The notes under the pieces are model-generated. The model had not been told where the DNA came from. It made no database searches and saw nothing but the letters and a program-made list of their open reading frames with translations. The translations under genes were made by a program, and so were the position numbers. A stretch of 64,000 bases of DNA, taken from positions 10,853,733 to 10,917,732 of the forward strand of contig NC_057744.1 of assembly GCF_004010195.1 (NCBI RefSeq). The letters run 5' to 3'. How positions within the stretch are numbered: position 1 is the first letter of the stretch; each line of letters opens with the position of its first letter. The stretch comes from Chiloscyllium plagiosum. Taxonomy: Eukaryota. Positions 23,500 to 36,226 of the stretch are shown in pieces.

Positions 23500-23985
23500 A
23501 TTTTGTGGGATGTGGGTATCATTGTATTGCCAACATGTATTGCCCATCCCTAGTTGCCCTTGAGAAGATGGTGATGAGCTGCCTTCTTTAATTGCTCAAG
23601 TCCACCTGCTGTGGGTTGACCCACAATGCCCTTAAGGAGGGAATTCCAGGATTTTGACCCAGCAACAGTGAAAGAACAGCAATATATTCCCAAGTCAGGA
23701 TGGTGAGTAGCTTGGAGGGGAATTTGAAGATGGTGGTGTTCCCATATATGTGCTGCCCTTGTGCTTCTAGATGGAAGTGGTTGTGGGTTTAGAAGGTGCT
23801 GTCTGAGGATCTTTGGTAAATTTCTACAGTGCATCTTGTAGATAGTACACACTGCTGCTACTGATCGTCAGCGGTGGAGGGAGTGGATACTTGTGGATGC
23901 AGTGCCAATCTGCTTTGTCCTGGATGATGTCAAGCTTCTCGAGAGTTGTTGGGGCTGCACTGATTCAGGCAAGTGGGGAGTATGT
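23500..23985 (-). mobile_element. CR1-type LINE 3' fragment
   Basis: Homologous to 14380-14870. Confidence 0.85.
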
Positions 23986-25918
23986 CTGTTAGTATATAAA
24001 TTAAGCTGTTATGAATATGATGCTCTTTTCCAATAGAGACTACTTAAACTTGTTCCACATCTATTATAAGAAGCAGGTTTCATTACATCCCTACAGAGCA
24101 AGAGGGCAGCCCTGTGCTAAATGAAGGAGTTGTGACTAGACTGCTGTTTGTCTGCTAGTGGCAGGTCTGCAGAGCGTCCAGCTCTAACAGGTCTGATGTA
24201 CATCATATACTTTCCATCCCTGTCACCTGTTTTGATCCTAGGAGAGTTTTACTAAGATCCGCTGTCATGCACGCAAATGTCTTCAAGTTGGCGGTTCAGC
24301 TGTTTTTCTGTGATTGTCAACAGTTGCAATCTGTACTGAACACGTTGAAATATTTAGAATTTTTTACTGAGGTAAAATAAGGGACTGACAGCAACCAGTG
24401 GAAATACAAATATGTGTGTGGGAAAACTAATGGCTGGTTGCCTAACAACACAGTAAGGGAGACATGATGACAGCAATGGAACACTCTGTACTAGCCGATG
24501 CATTAAAAAAATTGGACAACTATAAAGAGTAACAAAAAGGAAAATTATTGCAGATAGAATGTGGATCAGAGGCATTTAAACAGATTGACACAGACACTAC
24601 AGTAAGGGTGATTTCAAGGCAGGAACACTTATGGATACACCATTGCAATTTGCTGATTTCCTTTTTGCATATTTCTATGATAATTTCATACGACTTGCCT
24701 CATGCCGTGTAAGCATTCTTCTGCTGGAACAGCAAGTGAATGAACAATGGACAATTGAACCATGAACGGCTTGCTCTAATTCCAATTGCCAGTGCTGCCA
24801 GTGGTTCTCACCTGCTCCCAGAAACCCAATTGGAAATGGCAAAATATTTTAACAAGTCAATGTCAGCAAATATTTGGGATACAACCAAGTGAACATAGTA
24901 ATGAAAGAGACTTTGTTCTAAATATAATTTTCTTCAAATCAACGCAGACACATTAACATGATTTTATAAATGTAATGATGGCCACTTTTCTTTCCTTCAA
25001 AATATGTTTAAGAATTATTCGGTTCACCTCAAGAAATTTTCCATTGTATACAATATTTTAACAAATTTCACACTCTGTTAGATATGTATTGTAATCTGCA
25101 TTTCGGAAAAAAGACCTCTAATATAAATTCATTGCCATAACTACTTATTTTGGCAGGGATGGAATGGAATGGGATGAAAACAAGAGAAAGGCGGAAATAA
25201 CAACATGTTCTATTGGCGTGTTTGACGGTTTCCTGACCTGGGTAGTATATTTAAACCTCACCATTTGCCCTGAAAAAACTATGCTGTTGTGATGAATAGT
25301 GATTTGATATTAATGCACAATGTCAGTCCGTTGTTTATAGACTCAGTTCTCACAGAGAACAGATTTATCTGAATCTGCTGATGATGTTATTAACTGACAT
25401 TGGCTTCTTCATTTAATCCTTCTCTGGCATAAGTGCTGAATGTCAGCATTCCAACGCCAGCTATTTGTCAGCTATTCCCAAAATGACTAACACGTGAACT
25501 GTAAGTCTTTTTAGCTTTGCGCTTTTCTTGTAACCTGTCAATATTTGAGAAACACAAAAAGTCTGAACTGGAGGTGACTTCCCTGGACTGGTTCCAAACA
25601 GGATGGATAAATCTCTGAAAGATAAAAACATAAGAGCTAGGATAAGGAGTAGGCAATTCAGCCCCTCGAGCCTAGCAGATCTCATCTTGGCCTCAACTCC
25701 ACTTTCTTATCCCACACCCATCAACCCATTACTAATTAAAAATCTCTCTACTTCCTCTTTAAATATACACAAAGTCCCAGCATCCACCACCCTCTGGGGA
25801 AGTGAATTCCACTGATTTGCAACCCTTCTCCTCATCTCTGTTCTAAATCTGCTATTGCCTTCTCCTAAAACTATGACTTCTTACTCTCCATTACCCTATG
25901 TGAGGAAACATCATTTCT

Positions 25919-26136
25919 ATGAGGAGAAAGTGAGGTCTGCAGATGCTGGAGATCAGAGCTGAAAATGTGTTGCTGGAAAAGCGCAGCAGGTCAGGCAGCA
26001 TCCAGGGAACAGGAGAATCGACGTTTCGGGCATAAGCCCTTCTTCAGGAAGAAGGGCTTATGCCCGAAACGTCGATTCTCCTGTTCCCTGGATGCTGCCT
26101 GACCTGCTGCGCTTTTCCAGAAACACATTTTCACCC
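25919..26136. mobile_element. Fold-back Penelope-type insertion with 12-bp TSD, inside a CR1 3' remnant (~25628-26165)
   Basis: aacatcatttct at 25907-25918 and 26137-26148; near-perfect inverted arms. Confidence 0.85.
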
Positions 26137-26264
26137 AACATCATTTCTCTACCTACTTTATCAAGTTTCAGAAGCAAACACCTTTAATTACTCTGTAACG
26201 TTAACAGAAAGTGAGCATTTTACTTCTAATAAGGCAAAGAGTGATCATCAGCACTCATATTTGA

Positions 26265-26745
26265 GGCACATCAAGCAGTACAAAAATATGGTTTACCAGG
26301 ATGTTGCCTGGTATGGGGGATTTTAGCTATGGAGAAAGGCTGGATACACTGGTCTTGTTTTCACTGGAGCACAGGAGCTTGAGGGGCGACCTGATAGAAG
26401 TTTATAAGATTGTGAATGGCATGGAAAGAGTGGAAAGTATGAGGATTTTTCCCAGGGGGGACACATATTCAAGGTGCAGGGAGTTGGGGGGAGTCTAAAA
26501 GAGATGCGTGAGGCAAGCTTTTCACACAAAGAGTGGTGAGTGTCTGGAATTTGTTGCCAGAGGAGATGGTGGAAGCAGACGCAATAGCAGTATTCAAGAA
26601 GCACCTGGACAATTACACGAATAGGAAGGGAATAGAGGGACACAGATCCTGTAAGTGAAGACAGTTTTAGCGTGGAAGGACAAAATGTGTTGGCATGGGC
26701 TTGGAGGGCTGAAGGGCCGGTTTCTGTGCTGTATCATTCTTTGTT
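26265..26745 (+). mobile_element. CR1/HER1-type LINE 3' fragment
   Basis: SYGERL..LFSLE.R.LRGDLIEVYKI. Confidence 0.88.
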
Positions 26746-26824
26746 GTTCTTGACAACATATAGGCCTTATGCTTTCCAGTTCTCTACCAAAAGCTGGTCC
26801 GACCCAGTGTGCCACAACATCAAA

Positions 26825-27044
26825 GCTGAAAATGTGTTGCTGGAAAAGCGCAGCAGGTCAGGCAGCATCCAGGAAACAGGAGAATCGACGTTTCGGGCAT
26901 AAGCCCTTCTTCAGGAGCCCTGAAGAAGGGCTTATGCCCGAAACGTCGATTCTCCTGTTCCTTGGATGCTGCCTGACCTGCTGCGCTTTTCCAGCAACAC
27001 ATTTTCAGCTCTGATCTCCAGCATCTGCAGACCTCACTTTCTCC
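26825..27044. mobile_element. Fold-back Penelope-type insertion with 15-bp TSD and back-to-back hammerhead cores
   Basis: tgccacaacatcaaa at 26810-26824 and 27045-27059; cores at 26887-26914 (-) and 26920-26947 (+). Confidence 0.88.
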
Positions 27045-27971
27045 TGCCACAACATCAAACCAACACCACATTCCAACTCCCTCCATGGTTATGGCAAGGA
27101 TGTGGCTACCAAAACCATCTCAGCTGGAAGGGGGATTGAATCCTATGCTGTTGTCACCCGTTTGGTTGGCACACCTTTCCAGCTTCATGGAGTCTTTATT
27201 GCTGTGGCAACATGTACTTTTACACGTACATTGTAGCCTGAAGCTATGCATTGTGTTTGTAGAGGCTTCAATTTTTCTTTCCACCATCAAACCCCAACAT
27301 CTCACCAGCATCTCTCCCACTTCTTACAACCTGCCATTGATGTCGGAAGGATATAGGTTGATATTCAACCTATTTGGGTTCCTTAAATCCTAGGCTATTA
27401 AATCCTGGCTCAGAAACAACATCTAGACTCACTGTGCCACAAGAGCTTCACATGCTCTATATAATCTCCCAAAAAAATTAAGTTACATTCCTACAGGCAA
27501 GTTACAAAGAAGGCAACTGTGGTAACTAACAGGGCAGGTGTAGAAAATATAACATGGAGATCAGCAGGACAGGATGTCGTTATTGAAGATAATTCATATT
27601 TTGTACTGCTTGACATGCCTAAAATCTGATGGGAGATGACCACTCTTCTCCTTATTAAAAGTAGAATATTTGCTTTCTATTAAAGTTATAAAATACTTAT
27701 GGAGAGCAGAATAGATGGTACCACAGAATGGTGAGAAATGGATTGATAACCACTATTCATCCTGAGAGTGAATTGGGATGTTAGATGCTGAGCTTCTCCC
27801 ACAGGAAAGGTAAAAACTGGAGGGTGACAAACACTGGGCTTCTGTTATCTGTCTTCCACATGTGGAATCAAATGGCACTGGTAGAAATCAATGGCAGGTT
27901 GTCGTTGATGTGTGAATCCTGCTGAAAATATTGCATTGTTATCTTTTTACAAAGTGCCACAACTTTTTTTT

Positions 27972-28270
27972 TTATTACTTACAGTGTGGAAACAGGCCCT
28001 TCAGCCCAACAAGTCCACACCGACCCGCCAAAGCGCAACCCACCCATACATTTACCCCTTCACCTAACACTACAGGCAATTTAGCATGGCCAATTCACCT
28101 GACTTGCACATCTTTGGACTGTGGGAGGAAACCAGAGCACCCGGAGGAAACCCACGCAGACACGGGGAGAATGTGCAGACTCCACACAGTCAGTCACTTG
28201 AGGCAGGAATTGAACCCAGGTCCCTGGCACTGTGAGGCAGCAGTGCTAACCACTGTGCCACCGTGCCGCC
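27972..28270 (-). mobile_element. HE1-type SINE
   Basis: Reverse complement of the HE1 head at the right end. Confidence 0.9.
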
Positions 28271-29139
28271 CAATTCTTTGAAGTTTATGAAGAAATAGTG
28301 TTCATTACATATTTGGCTGTGGTTTCAATGGGAGTTTTTCTGTTTGGAGTAACAGCTTTAAAATGAATAGATACAAGAAAAAAGTCCTGAAATGTTTTCT
28401 TAAGTACAATAACTACTACACTCATGAAATCATCGAGTTCATGCTATGCGAATCACAAGTGTGGAACATGTCTGCACTGAACAGTGCATTGCATTCCACT
28501 TCCAAAGGCAACCAAATCCTTCCAAACAGTTTTTCTTGTCTTCTAAAAGATCCATGTATTCTACATCTCACTGCCCAGCCAAAGGTCAAGCAACCCACTC
28601 TCACATCTCCACCAATTCTGCTTTCTCAACAGCTATTAAGGAATTGACTGGAACTCTGCTTCACCTTCCTCTCTCTGCATAAACACTTGACTGAATATTT
28701 TCTCCAACAGCTGATGGTCTGGTGAGGAATTAAAGTGGTAATTCAAGAACAGGTCTGTGTTGGCCAATATATTATGCCAAATGCTTCAACATTTTTAACC
28801 TAAAAATTAAGTTTGTAAGTGGCTTTTACAAAATAAAAGGCAATACTTGGTTTATATATAAGAGAACGTATACACAAGATCTTTATAAGATTATTTTTAT
28901 TATAGAAGAGCTATATACTGTGCAGTTACAAAATACTCAGTTGGACTGTCAGAGATGAATGTTACACATTTCAACCCTAAATTATATCCTTTTTGAACAC
29001 CCAGATTGTTTTTCTTTAGGAGATACATAAGATTACTCTGAGTTGTTTTAAGCTATTTGGCTTGGATATGCTGGCAATGGCAACGTTTTTGGCCCAGACT
29101 ATTTTCCCTTGACTCAATATCGAGTTCACTAATTTTAGG

Positions 29140-30212
29140 GCCTGAACACCTTCCCCTAAGTCCTTTACCCACCCGCACACCCGAGGCCCTGCCATGACAG
29201 GGCTGTTTTTGGATCCCGCCCCACCCTTCCAACTGCAACAAGGACAGAACCCACCTTGGTCTTCACCTTCCACCCCACCAACCTCTGTATAGATTGCATC
29301 ATCCTCCACCATTTCTGCTACCTACCAACTGGACCCCACCACCAGAGATATATTTCCCTCCCCAACCCTAGCCACTTTCCGTAAAGGCCGTTCCCTCCGT
29401 GAGTACCTCGTCATGTCCACACCCCCTAACAACACCTCCCCCATACATCCCCACTCATACACACCACCTTCCCCTGCCACCGCAGGAATTGCAAAACCTC
29501 TCCCTACACCTCCGTCCAAGGCCCCAAAGGAGCCTTCCACATCCATCAAACTTTCACACTTCCACACATGTCACTTACTGTATCCGATGCTCGTGGTGCG
29601 GTCTCTCCTACATTGGGGAAGCTGGACACCTATTTGCAGAGTGCTTCAAAGAACACCTCCGGGACATCCGCAGTAACCAATCCCATCGGCCCATGGCCGA
29701 ACACTTCAACTCCACCTCCCACTCTGCCAAGGACATGCAGGTCCTGGGCCTCCTCCATCGCCACACCCTTACCACCCGATGCCTGGAGGAAGAATGCCTC
29801 ATCTTTTGCCTCAGGACCCTCCAACCCCATGGCATCAATGTGGATTTCATCAGGTTCCTCAAATCCCCTCCAAACACCTTATCGCAGTTCCAAACTTCCA
29901 GCTCAGCACTGCCCTCATGACCTGTCCTACCTGTCCATCTTCCTTCCCACCTATCCGCTCCACCTTCCCCTCTGACCTATCACCTTTACCCCCAACTCCA
30001 TCCACCAATTGCACTCTCAGCCACCTTTCCCCAGCCCCACCCCTCTCCCATGTATCTCTCCACCCTTGAGATTCCCAGCCTCATTCCTGATAAAGGGTTT
30101 TTGCCCAAAATGACTCCCCCTCAATTCCTGTGCTCCTCGGATGCTGCCTGGCCTGCTGTGCTTTTCCAGCACTAGTTCTTGACTCTAATCTCCAGCATCT
30201 GCAGTCATCACG
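29140..30212 (+). mobile_element. Penelope-like element 3' part with GIY-YIG endonuclease
   Basis: ORF 29399: VTYCIRCSWCGLSYIGE...FKEHLRDI...MAEHFNS..H...LEEECLIFCLRTLQPHGINVDF. Confidence 0.88.
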
Positions 30213-30988
30213 TTTGCTTTTTAAGAGGGAAGATAAGAGTCAATGTTGTGCATCTGGAATACATGGAGACTGGACAAGGGAAGGAGAGGAAATTCCAGTT
30301 GGTTTGCACAACAGTTGATGATAGTTTTACTGCACCATTACCAGGACTAACTTCCACCTTCGGATTTAATCAACTGAATTGATAATCCACCAGCTACCCT
30401 GATGGCTTTTGTTAGCAATATTGCGGTGCTTAGAGAAGATAAATGATAAAAGTTAAAATGTTTGGAATACTTTTTGAATATCTACATTTATAACATTAAA
30501 TAAGCTTTTCATTTTGTATTTTATGTTTTAAAATTATTTTTATATAAGTAATGAATACCACTGCCAGCTCTGTTATTTCACTGAATGCTATCGGGCAAAT
30601 TGTCCTTTGAAATCATGGAAATGGCTGCTAAGGAATGCAAACTGGATTAATTATTTTTTAAAAAGAGCAGAAGTAAAACTCCAAATCAATGGTGCTACGA
30701 GTATGAGATCATTCTCACATATCGTGCCATTCCTGAACTCAGGCTTTTTAATGCAATAATACGCTGGGGTTAGATGTTTGATACTTTTACTCAGTAAGCA
30801 TTGAATGAAGTGATGGGATTATAGAGAATGCCTATAATTCTGTGCATTCATTGGGCTATTTATTCATGATCGCCCATTCACATTACACAAGGAGTGTATG
30901 TCATTGGTTTGTTCCTTTCACTGGGGGAATGAGCACAGTTTGAAAGAGAACAGGTATGTGACTTTTCAGTGAAGAAAGAGATACAGGG

Positions 30989-32011
30989 ATAAAACAAAGA
31001 ACTGCAGATGCTAGCGATCCGGAACAAAAACAGAAATTGCTGGAGAAACTCAGCAGGTCTGGCAGCATCAGTGTGAAGAAAGCAGAGTTAATACTTTGAG
31101 TCCATTGATTCCTCATCAGGATCCTGTAGGATTTTAATTTAGATAAATGTAAGGTGCCGCATTTTGGAAAGGCAAATCAGAGCAGGACTTATACACTTAA
31201 TGGTAAGGTCCTGGGGAGTGTTATGGAATAAAGAGACCTTGAAATGCAGACTCATAGTGCTTTGAAAGTGGAGTCGCAGGGAGATAGGATTGTGAAGAAT
31301 GCCTATTTGTATGCTTGCCTTTATTGGTCAGTGCATTGAGTACAGAAGTTGGAAGGTCATGTTGCAGGACATTGGTTAGGCCACTTTTGGAATACTGCAT
31401 GCAATTTTAGTCTTCCTACTATAGGAAGGATGTTGTGAAACTTGAAAGGGTTTAGAAAAGATTTACAAGAAATTTGCCAGGATTGAAGCATTTGAAATAT
31501 TTGGAGAGGCTGAATAGGCTGGGGCTGTTTTCCCTGGAGTGTCGGAGGCTGAGTGGTGACCTTATAGAGGTTTATAAAATCATGAGAGGCATGGTTAGGA
31601 TAAATAGACAAGGTCCTTTCCCTGGGGTGGGGGAGTCAAAACTAGAGGGCATAGTTTTAAGGTGAGGGGAGAAGATTAGAAATGGACCTAAGGGGCAACT
31701 TTTTCATGCAGAGGGTGGTGCGTGTATGGAATGAACTGACAGAGGAAGTGGTGGAGGCTGGTACAATTACAGCATTTAAAAGTCATCTGGATGGGTTTTT
31801 GAATAGGAAGAGCTTAGAGGGATATGAGCCAAATGCTTCCAAATGGAACAAAATTTATCTACGTTATCTGGTTGGCGTGCATGAGTTGGACTGAAGGGTC
31901 TGTTTCCACGCTGTATATCTCTCTGGCTCTATGACTCAAAACATTAACTCTGCTTTCTTCTCACAATTGATGCCAGACGTACTGAGCTTCTCCAGCAATT
32001 TCTGCTTTTGT
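30989..32011. mobile_element. Fold-back element with 15-bp TSD, split by a CR1 insertion
   Basis: gaaagagatacaggg at 30974-30988 and 32012-32026; the two arms flank the LINE. Confidence 0.8.
31125..31936 (+). mobile_element. CR1/HER1-type LINE 3' fragment
   Basis: LERLNRLGLFSLECRRLSGDLIEVYKIM; FFMQRVVRVWNEL. Confidence 0.92.
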
Positions 32012-32414
32012 GAAAGAGATACAGGGGCTGTACTTGAGAGAGCAGGTAAAGCAACTGGACATTTTATTTTTATCCAAAGTGAATTTAACTTAGAATAACC
32101 TTAAGAAAAATTATATACGCCCTTGAAGATTTCACTAGACGAAATGAGTTATGAGAAAAGATACCTTTCCCAAAGGACTGCAGCTCCAAACTCTCATTTT
32201 TAGAGAAAGTTGATCAATAGTTCAATCCTGGTAGAATCTTCGATTTTTGTGAGAATGGTATGGTCAAGTTAAACTCAGATTCAGTGAAAAAAGAAACTGT
32301 AACTTTGGGACATTAGCTCCTTTGCAGTCTAACTCTGGATTTTATTGGGAGCTCATATTATGGGACATTTTTACAAGCTTGCCCCACTAATATCAACGCT
32401 AACACTCTTCTTTA

Positions 32415-32740
32415 TTCCTTCTTGGGCAAGTGGGTGAGCACCATTGGCTAGGCCAGCATTTGTTTCCCACCACTAATTGCCTAAAGACAGGGGTGATAAG
32501 CTGCTCTATTGGTCTGGTGCAGTCCATGTGGTGTAAGTATACCCAGAGTGCAGTTAGTGAGGGAGATCCAGGAGTTTGACTCAGCGATAGTGAAAGAACA
32601 GTGATATATTTCCAAATCAGGATAGTGTGTGATTTGAAATCAGGCTTGCCGTGGTGTGCCCATGCAGCTACTGCTTTTGTTCTTCAAAATGGTGGAGGTC
32701 ACAGGTTTGGAAGGTGCTGTCAAAGGCCACTTAGCAATGT
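32415..32740 (-). mobile_element. CR1-type LINE 3' end
   Basis: Homologous to 14390-14700. Confidence 0.75.
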
Positions 32741-33141
32741 CACTGTGAACTGGTAGCAGAGGGAACCAATGCTTTTGTCAATGAATGAGATGCTGATTGT
32801 CATATTTTCAGATATCACTGCTGCTGGCATGTGCTATTCTAGTTTAGTATTTGCTAATGATCTTTTCTCTCTGATGAGTCCAGGGCATAATTATCAGGTG
32901 CACAGGATAGATTGGTACTGGTGAGTCTAAACAGAAGAGGCATTTGTCTGACAGTCTATTGCATAATAGCATATAGTCCGGGTTACCTTACCAGTCAGGC
33001 ATAATTATTGGGGACTGTAAAGAATACATTTACACCCTTCAGCCATTCTTGCAGAACTTGACTGTCTCCAAAGGCAGTAAGATATCATGAGATGGGGAGC
33101 TGAACATTCACTCTTTCAGAACCATTACTTTAAACACCACT

Positions 33142-33467
33142 GATTAGATTAGATTAGATTACTTTACAGGGTGGAAACAGGCCCTTCGGCCCAACAAGTC
33201 CACACTGACCCGCCGAAGTGCAACCCACCCAGACCCACTCCCCTACATTTACCCCTGCACCTAACACTACGGGCAATTTAGCATGGCCAATTCACCTGAC
33301 CTGCACATTTTTGGACTGTGGGAGGAAACCGGAGCACCCGGAGGAAACCCACGCAGACACGGGGAGCATGTGCAAACTCCAGACAGTCAGTCGCCTGAGG
33401 CGGGAATTGAACCCGGGTCTCTGGCACTGTGAGGCAGCAGTGCTAACCACTGTGCCACCGTGCCGCC
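33142..33467 (-). mobile_element. HE1-type SINE with (TCTAA)n tail
   Basis: gattagattagattagatta tail plus HE1 body. Confidence 0.92.
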
Positions 33468-33654
33468 ATTGGTGATCATATGGACTGCTTTGTTTTGGAT
33501 GATGCTGAGGTTCTGTCCTGGGTGTTGGAGCTACATTTACCCAAGCAAGTGAAACACATTCCATTCAACTCCTGGCTAGCTCCTTTGAAGATAATGGACA
33601 GCGTTTGATCTTTTGAGGTAAGATAATCATTGCAGAATTCTGAGCCTCTAACAA

Positions 33655-35215
33655 GGAGACTTCATTGGGGCTGACAGGGTAGATGTGGAAAGGTTGTTTC
33701 CTCTTGTGGGAAAGACCAGAGGCATAACCTCAGAGTAAGGGTTCACCAATTTAAGATTGAGATGAGAAAGTTTTTTTTCTCTCTTATGGTACTGAATGTG
33801 TGGAATTCTATACTGCGAAAAGCTATGAACTCTGGGTCATTAAGTGTATTCAAGGCTGAGATAGACAGATTTCTAATCATTAAGGATGCAAAGGTTGTTG
33901 GGAAAAGTCAGGAAAGTGGAGTTGAGAATTATCAGATTATCCTTAATCTCATTGAATGGAGGAGCAGACTCAGCCCAATGATCTACTTCTGGTCCCACAT
34001 TTTCTGGTCTATGAGTAATATGTGCTGTGGATAAAGGGCAGTCGGTAGATGTCCTGTACTTGGAATTCTAGAATTTATTTGAAAAGGTGCAACATCAAAG
34101 TTTATTGCAGAAAATATATGTTCATGATGTAGGGAGGACGTATCAGAATGAATAAAAGTTTGCCTGGCCAGCAGAAAACAAACAAAATGCATAAATGTGT
34201 CTTTCTCAGATTGGCAGGATGTGTTATGTGGAGTCCCTCAGGATTCTGTATTGGGACCTAAATTTTTTATAATTTACATGAATGACTTTGATGAGGAGAG
34301 CAAAGGCATGCAAGTTAAATTTGAAGATGACACAAATTAAAGAAGAAAGCATGGTGGGAAGAAGACATGAAAAGTTTTCAGATGGATATGGATAAATTAA
34401 GTGGTGAAAATCTGGCAGATCAAATATAATGCAAGTAAACACAAAGTTGTTCATTTTGGCATGAAGAATAAAAATTCAAAGCGCTATTTGAATGGAGAAC
34501 AACTTTGGAATTCTGAGGTGCAGAGGGATCTAGGTGTTCCATTACTTGAGTCACAAAACATTACTATATAGGTACAACAAGTGATCAAGAATGTTAATGG
34601 ATTGGCAGCTTTTATAATGGGAGGAACTGAGCATAATGAGGAAGGATATTATGCTTCAGTTATGAGGCTTTGGTGACACCATATCTCAATATCATGTGCA
34701 GTTTTGGTTTCTTTATTTAAGGAAGAATGTAAATATTTTGGAGACAGTGTAGAGGAGCCTTACCAGGTTGATCCTTGGAACGAGTGGGTTGTCTTATGAG
34801 GATCAGTTGGACAAAGTGGATTTGTTTCCACTGGACTTTAGAAGGGTGAGGGGTGACTTGATTGACAGATCTTGACAAGATAGCCAAGGAAAGAATGTTT
34901 CTTTTTGTGGATGAGTCTAGAGCTGGGGGGGGTCACTGTTTTAAAATTAGGGTTCACCCTTTTAAGACCACAGATAAGGAGATTTTTTTCTCTCTCAGAG
35001 GATTATGTGACTTTGTAACTCCCTCAGAAAGAAATGGTAGCTACTTTCAGGGCAATGGTGGATAAATTCTTGCTCAGTAAAAGAACCAATGGTTATCGGG
35101 GGGTAGATGGCAATGTGGAATTTGAAATACAAACTGATCAGCCATGATCTTCTTGAATGGTACAGCAAGGTCAAGGGTGAATGCTCTACTTTTGTTCCTA
35201 TTTCATATATTTGCA
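33655..35215 (+). mobile_element. Two adjacent decayed CR1-type LINE fragments
   Basis: GVPQ.SVLGP-like segment at ~34228; FFS..V.NVWNS at ~33775. Confidence 0.8.
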
Positions 35216-35890
35216 TATATGTTCTTCCAGCTGTTTTAATTATTCAGGGAAATTCATTACTGAATGAGACTGGTTTGCAAGATCTTTACTTTGATCACCG
35301 GTTATAAGATCACCACGTCAATAATATGCTGCTTCTGCTGTTTAGCACACAGATAAATCCTTTTTTTGTAGATTCACCAGGTTGGCATCTCATTTTGCAG
35401 CTACGCCTGGTGCCCCTTGTAGGTTGGTTGGCTCCATTCAACTCCTCTGCGGTGGTTTGATATAATCGGGTGCCTGCTAGGTCATTTCAGATTATTATGA
35501 ATCTGGAGTCATATGTAGGTCAAATAAGGTCAAAGATGACAGATTTTCTTCTCTGAAGAGTATGAGTGTGCCAGCTGGCAATTTTTACAACAATTCAGCA
35601 GTTTCACAATCATTCCTAATGAGATGAGCATTTAATTCCAGATTTATTAATTCATTGAATTTAAATTGGCTCAGATACCATAATGGGATCCAACATATGT
35701 CACTGGAGCATTAAATTGGGCCTCTAGATTAGTCGGTTGGTCCAAGCAAAGTTAATACAATGTTACCACTGCAGAAACGTCATCTAGTTTCATTTTAGTG
35801 GATAGCATATTTAGTGATTTATTAAGCCATTCAGTTCTCTTTCCACTATTCATTTTAAATTAAAAGAATGTTTTAACTTGTTTTAACAGA

Positions 35891-36226
35891 GTGGCATGGT
35901 GGCTCAGTGGTGAGCACTGCTGCCTCACAGCACCAGGAACCCAGGTTTGATCCCAGCCTAGGGTGAATATCTGTGCTGAATTTGCACATTCTCCCTGTGT
36001 CTGTGTGGGTTTCATCCGGGAGACTGGTTTCCTCACACAGTCCAAAGATGTGCAGTTTAAGTGGATTGGCCATAGGAAATTGCCCACAGTATCCAGGAAT
36101 GTGCAGGCTAGGTTGATTAGCCATGGGAAATGCAGGTTTATAAGGTAGGGTTCTGGGAGGGATGGTCTTCAGAAGGTCAGTGTGGACTTGATAGGTGAAA
36201 TGGCCTGCTTCCACTTTGAAGGGTTT
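35891..36226 (+). mobile_element. HE1-type SINE
   Basis: gtggcatggtggctcagtggtgagcactgctgcctcacagc. Confidence 0.88.

Noticed and set aside
24225-25614. Minus-strand exon candidates (acceptors near 25614, 25535 and 24330)
   Set aside because: Stops in all frames before a usable donor and no recognisable protein.
25919-27044. Repeated palindromic units as a CRISPR array or miRNA cluster
   Set aside because: Eukaryotic context, no repeat-spacer periodicity, and each unit has a TSD and Penelope homology.
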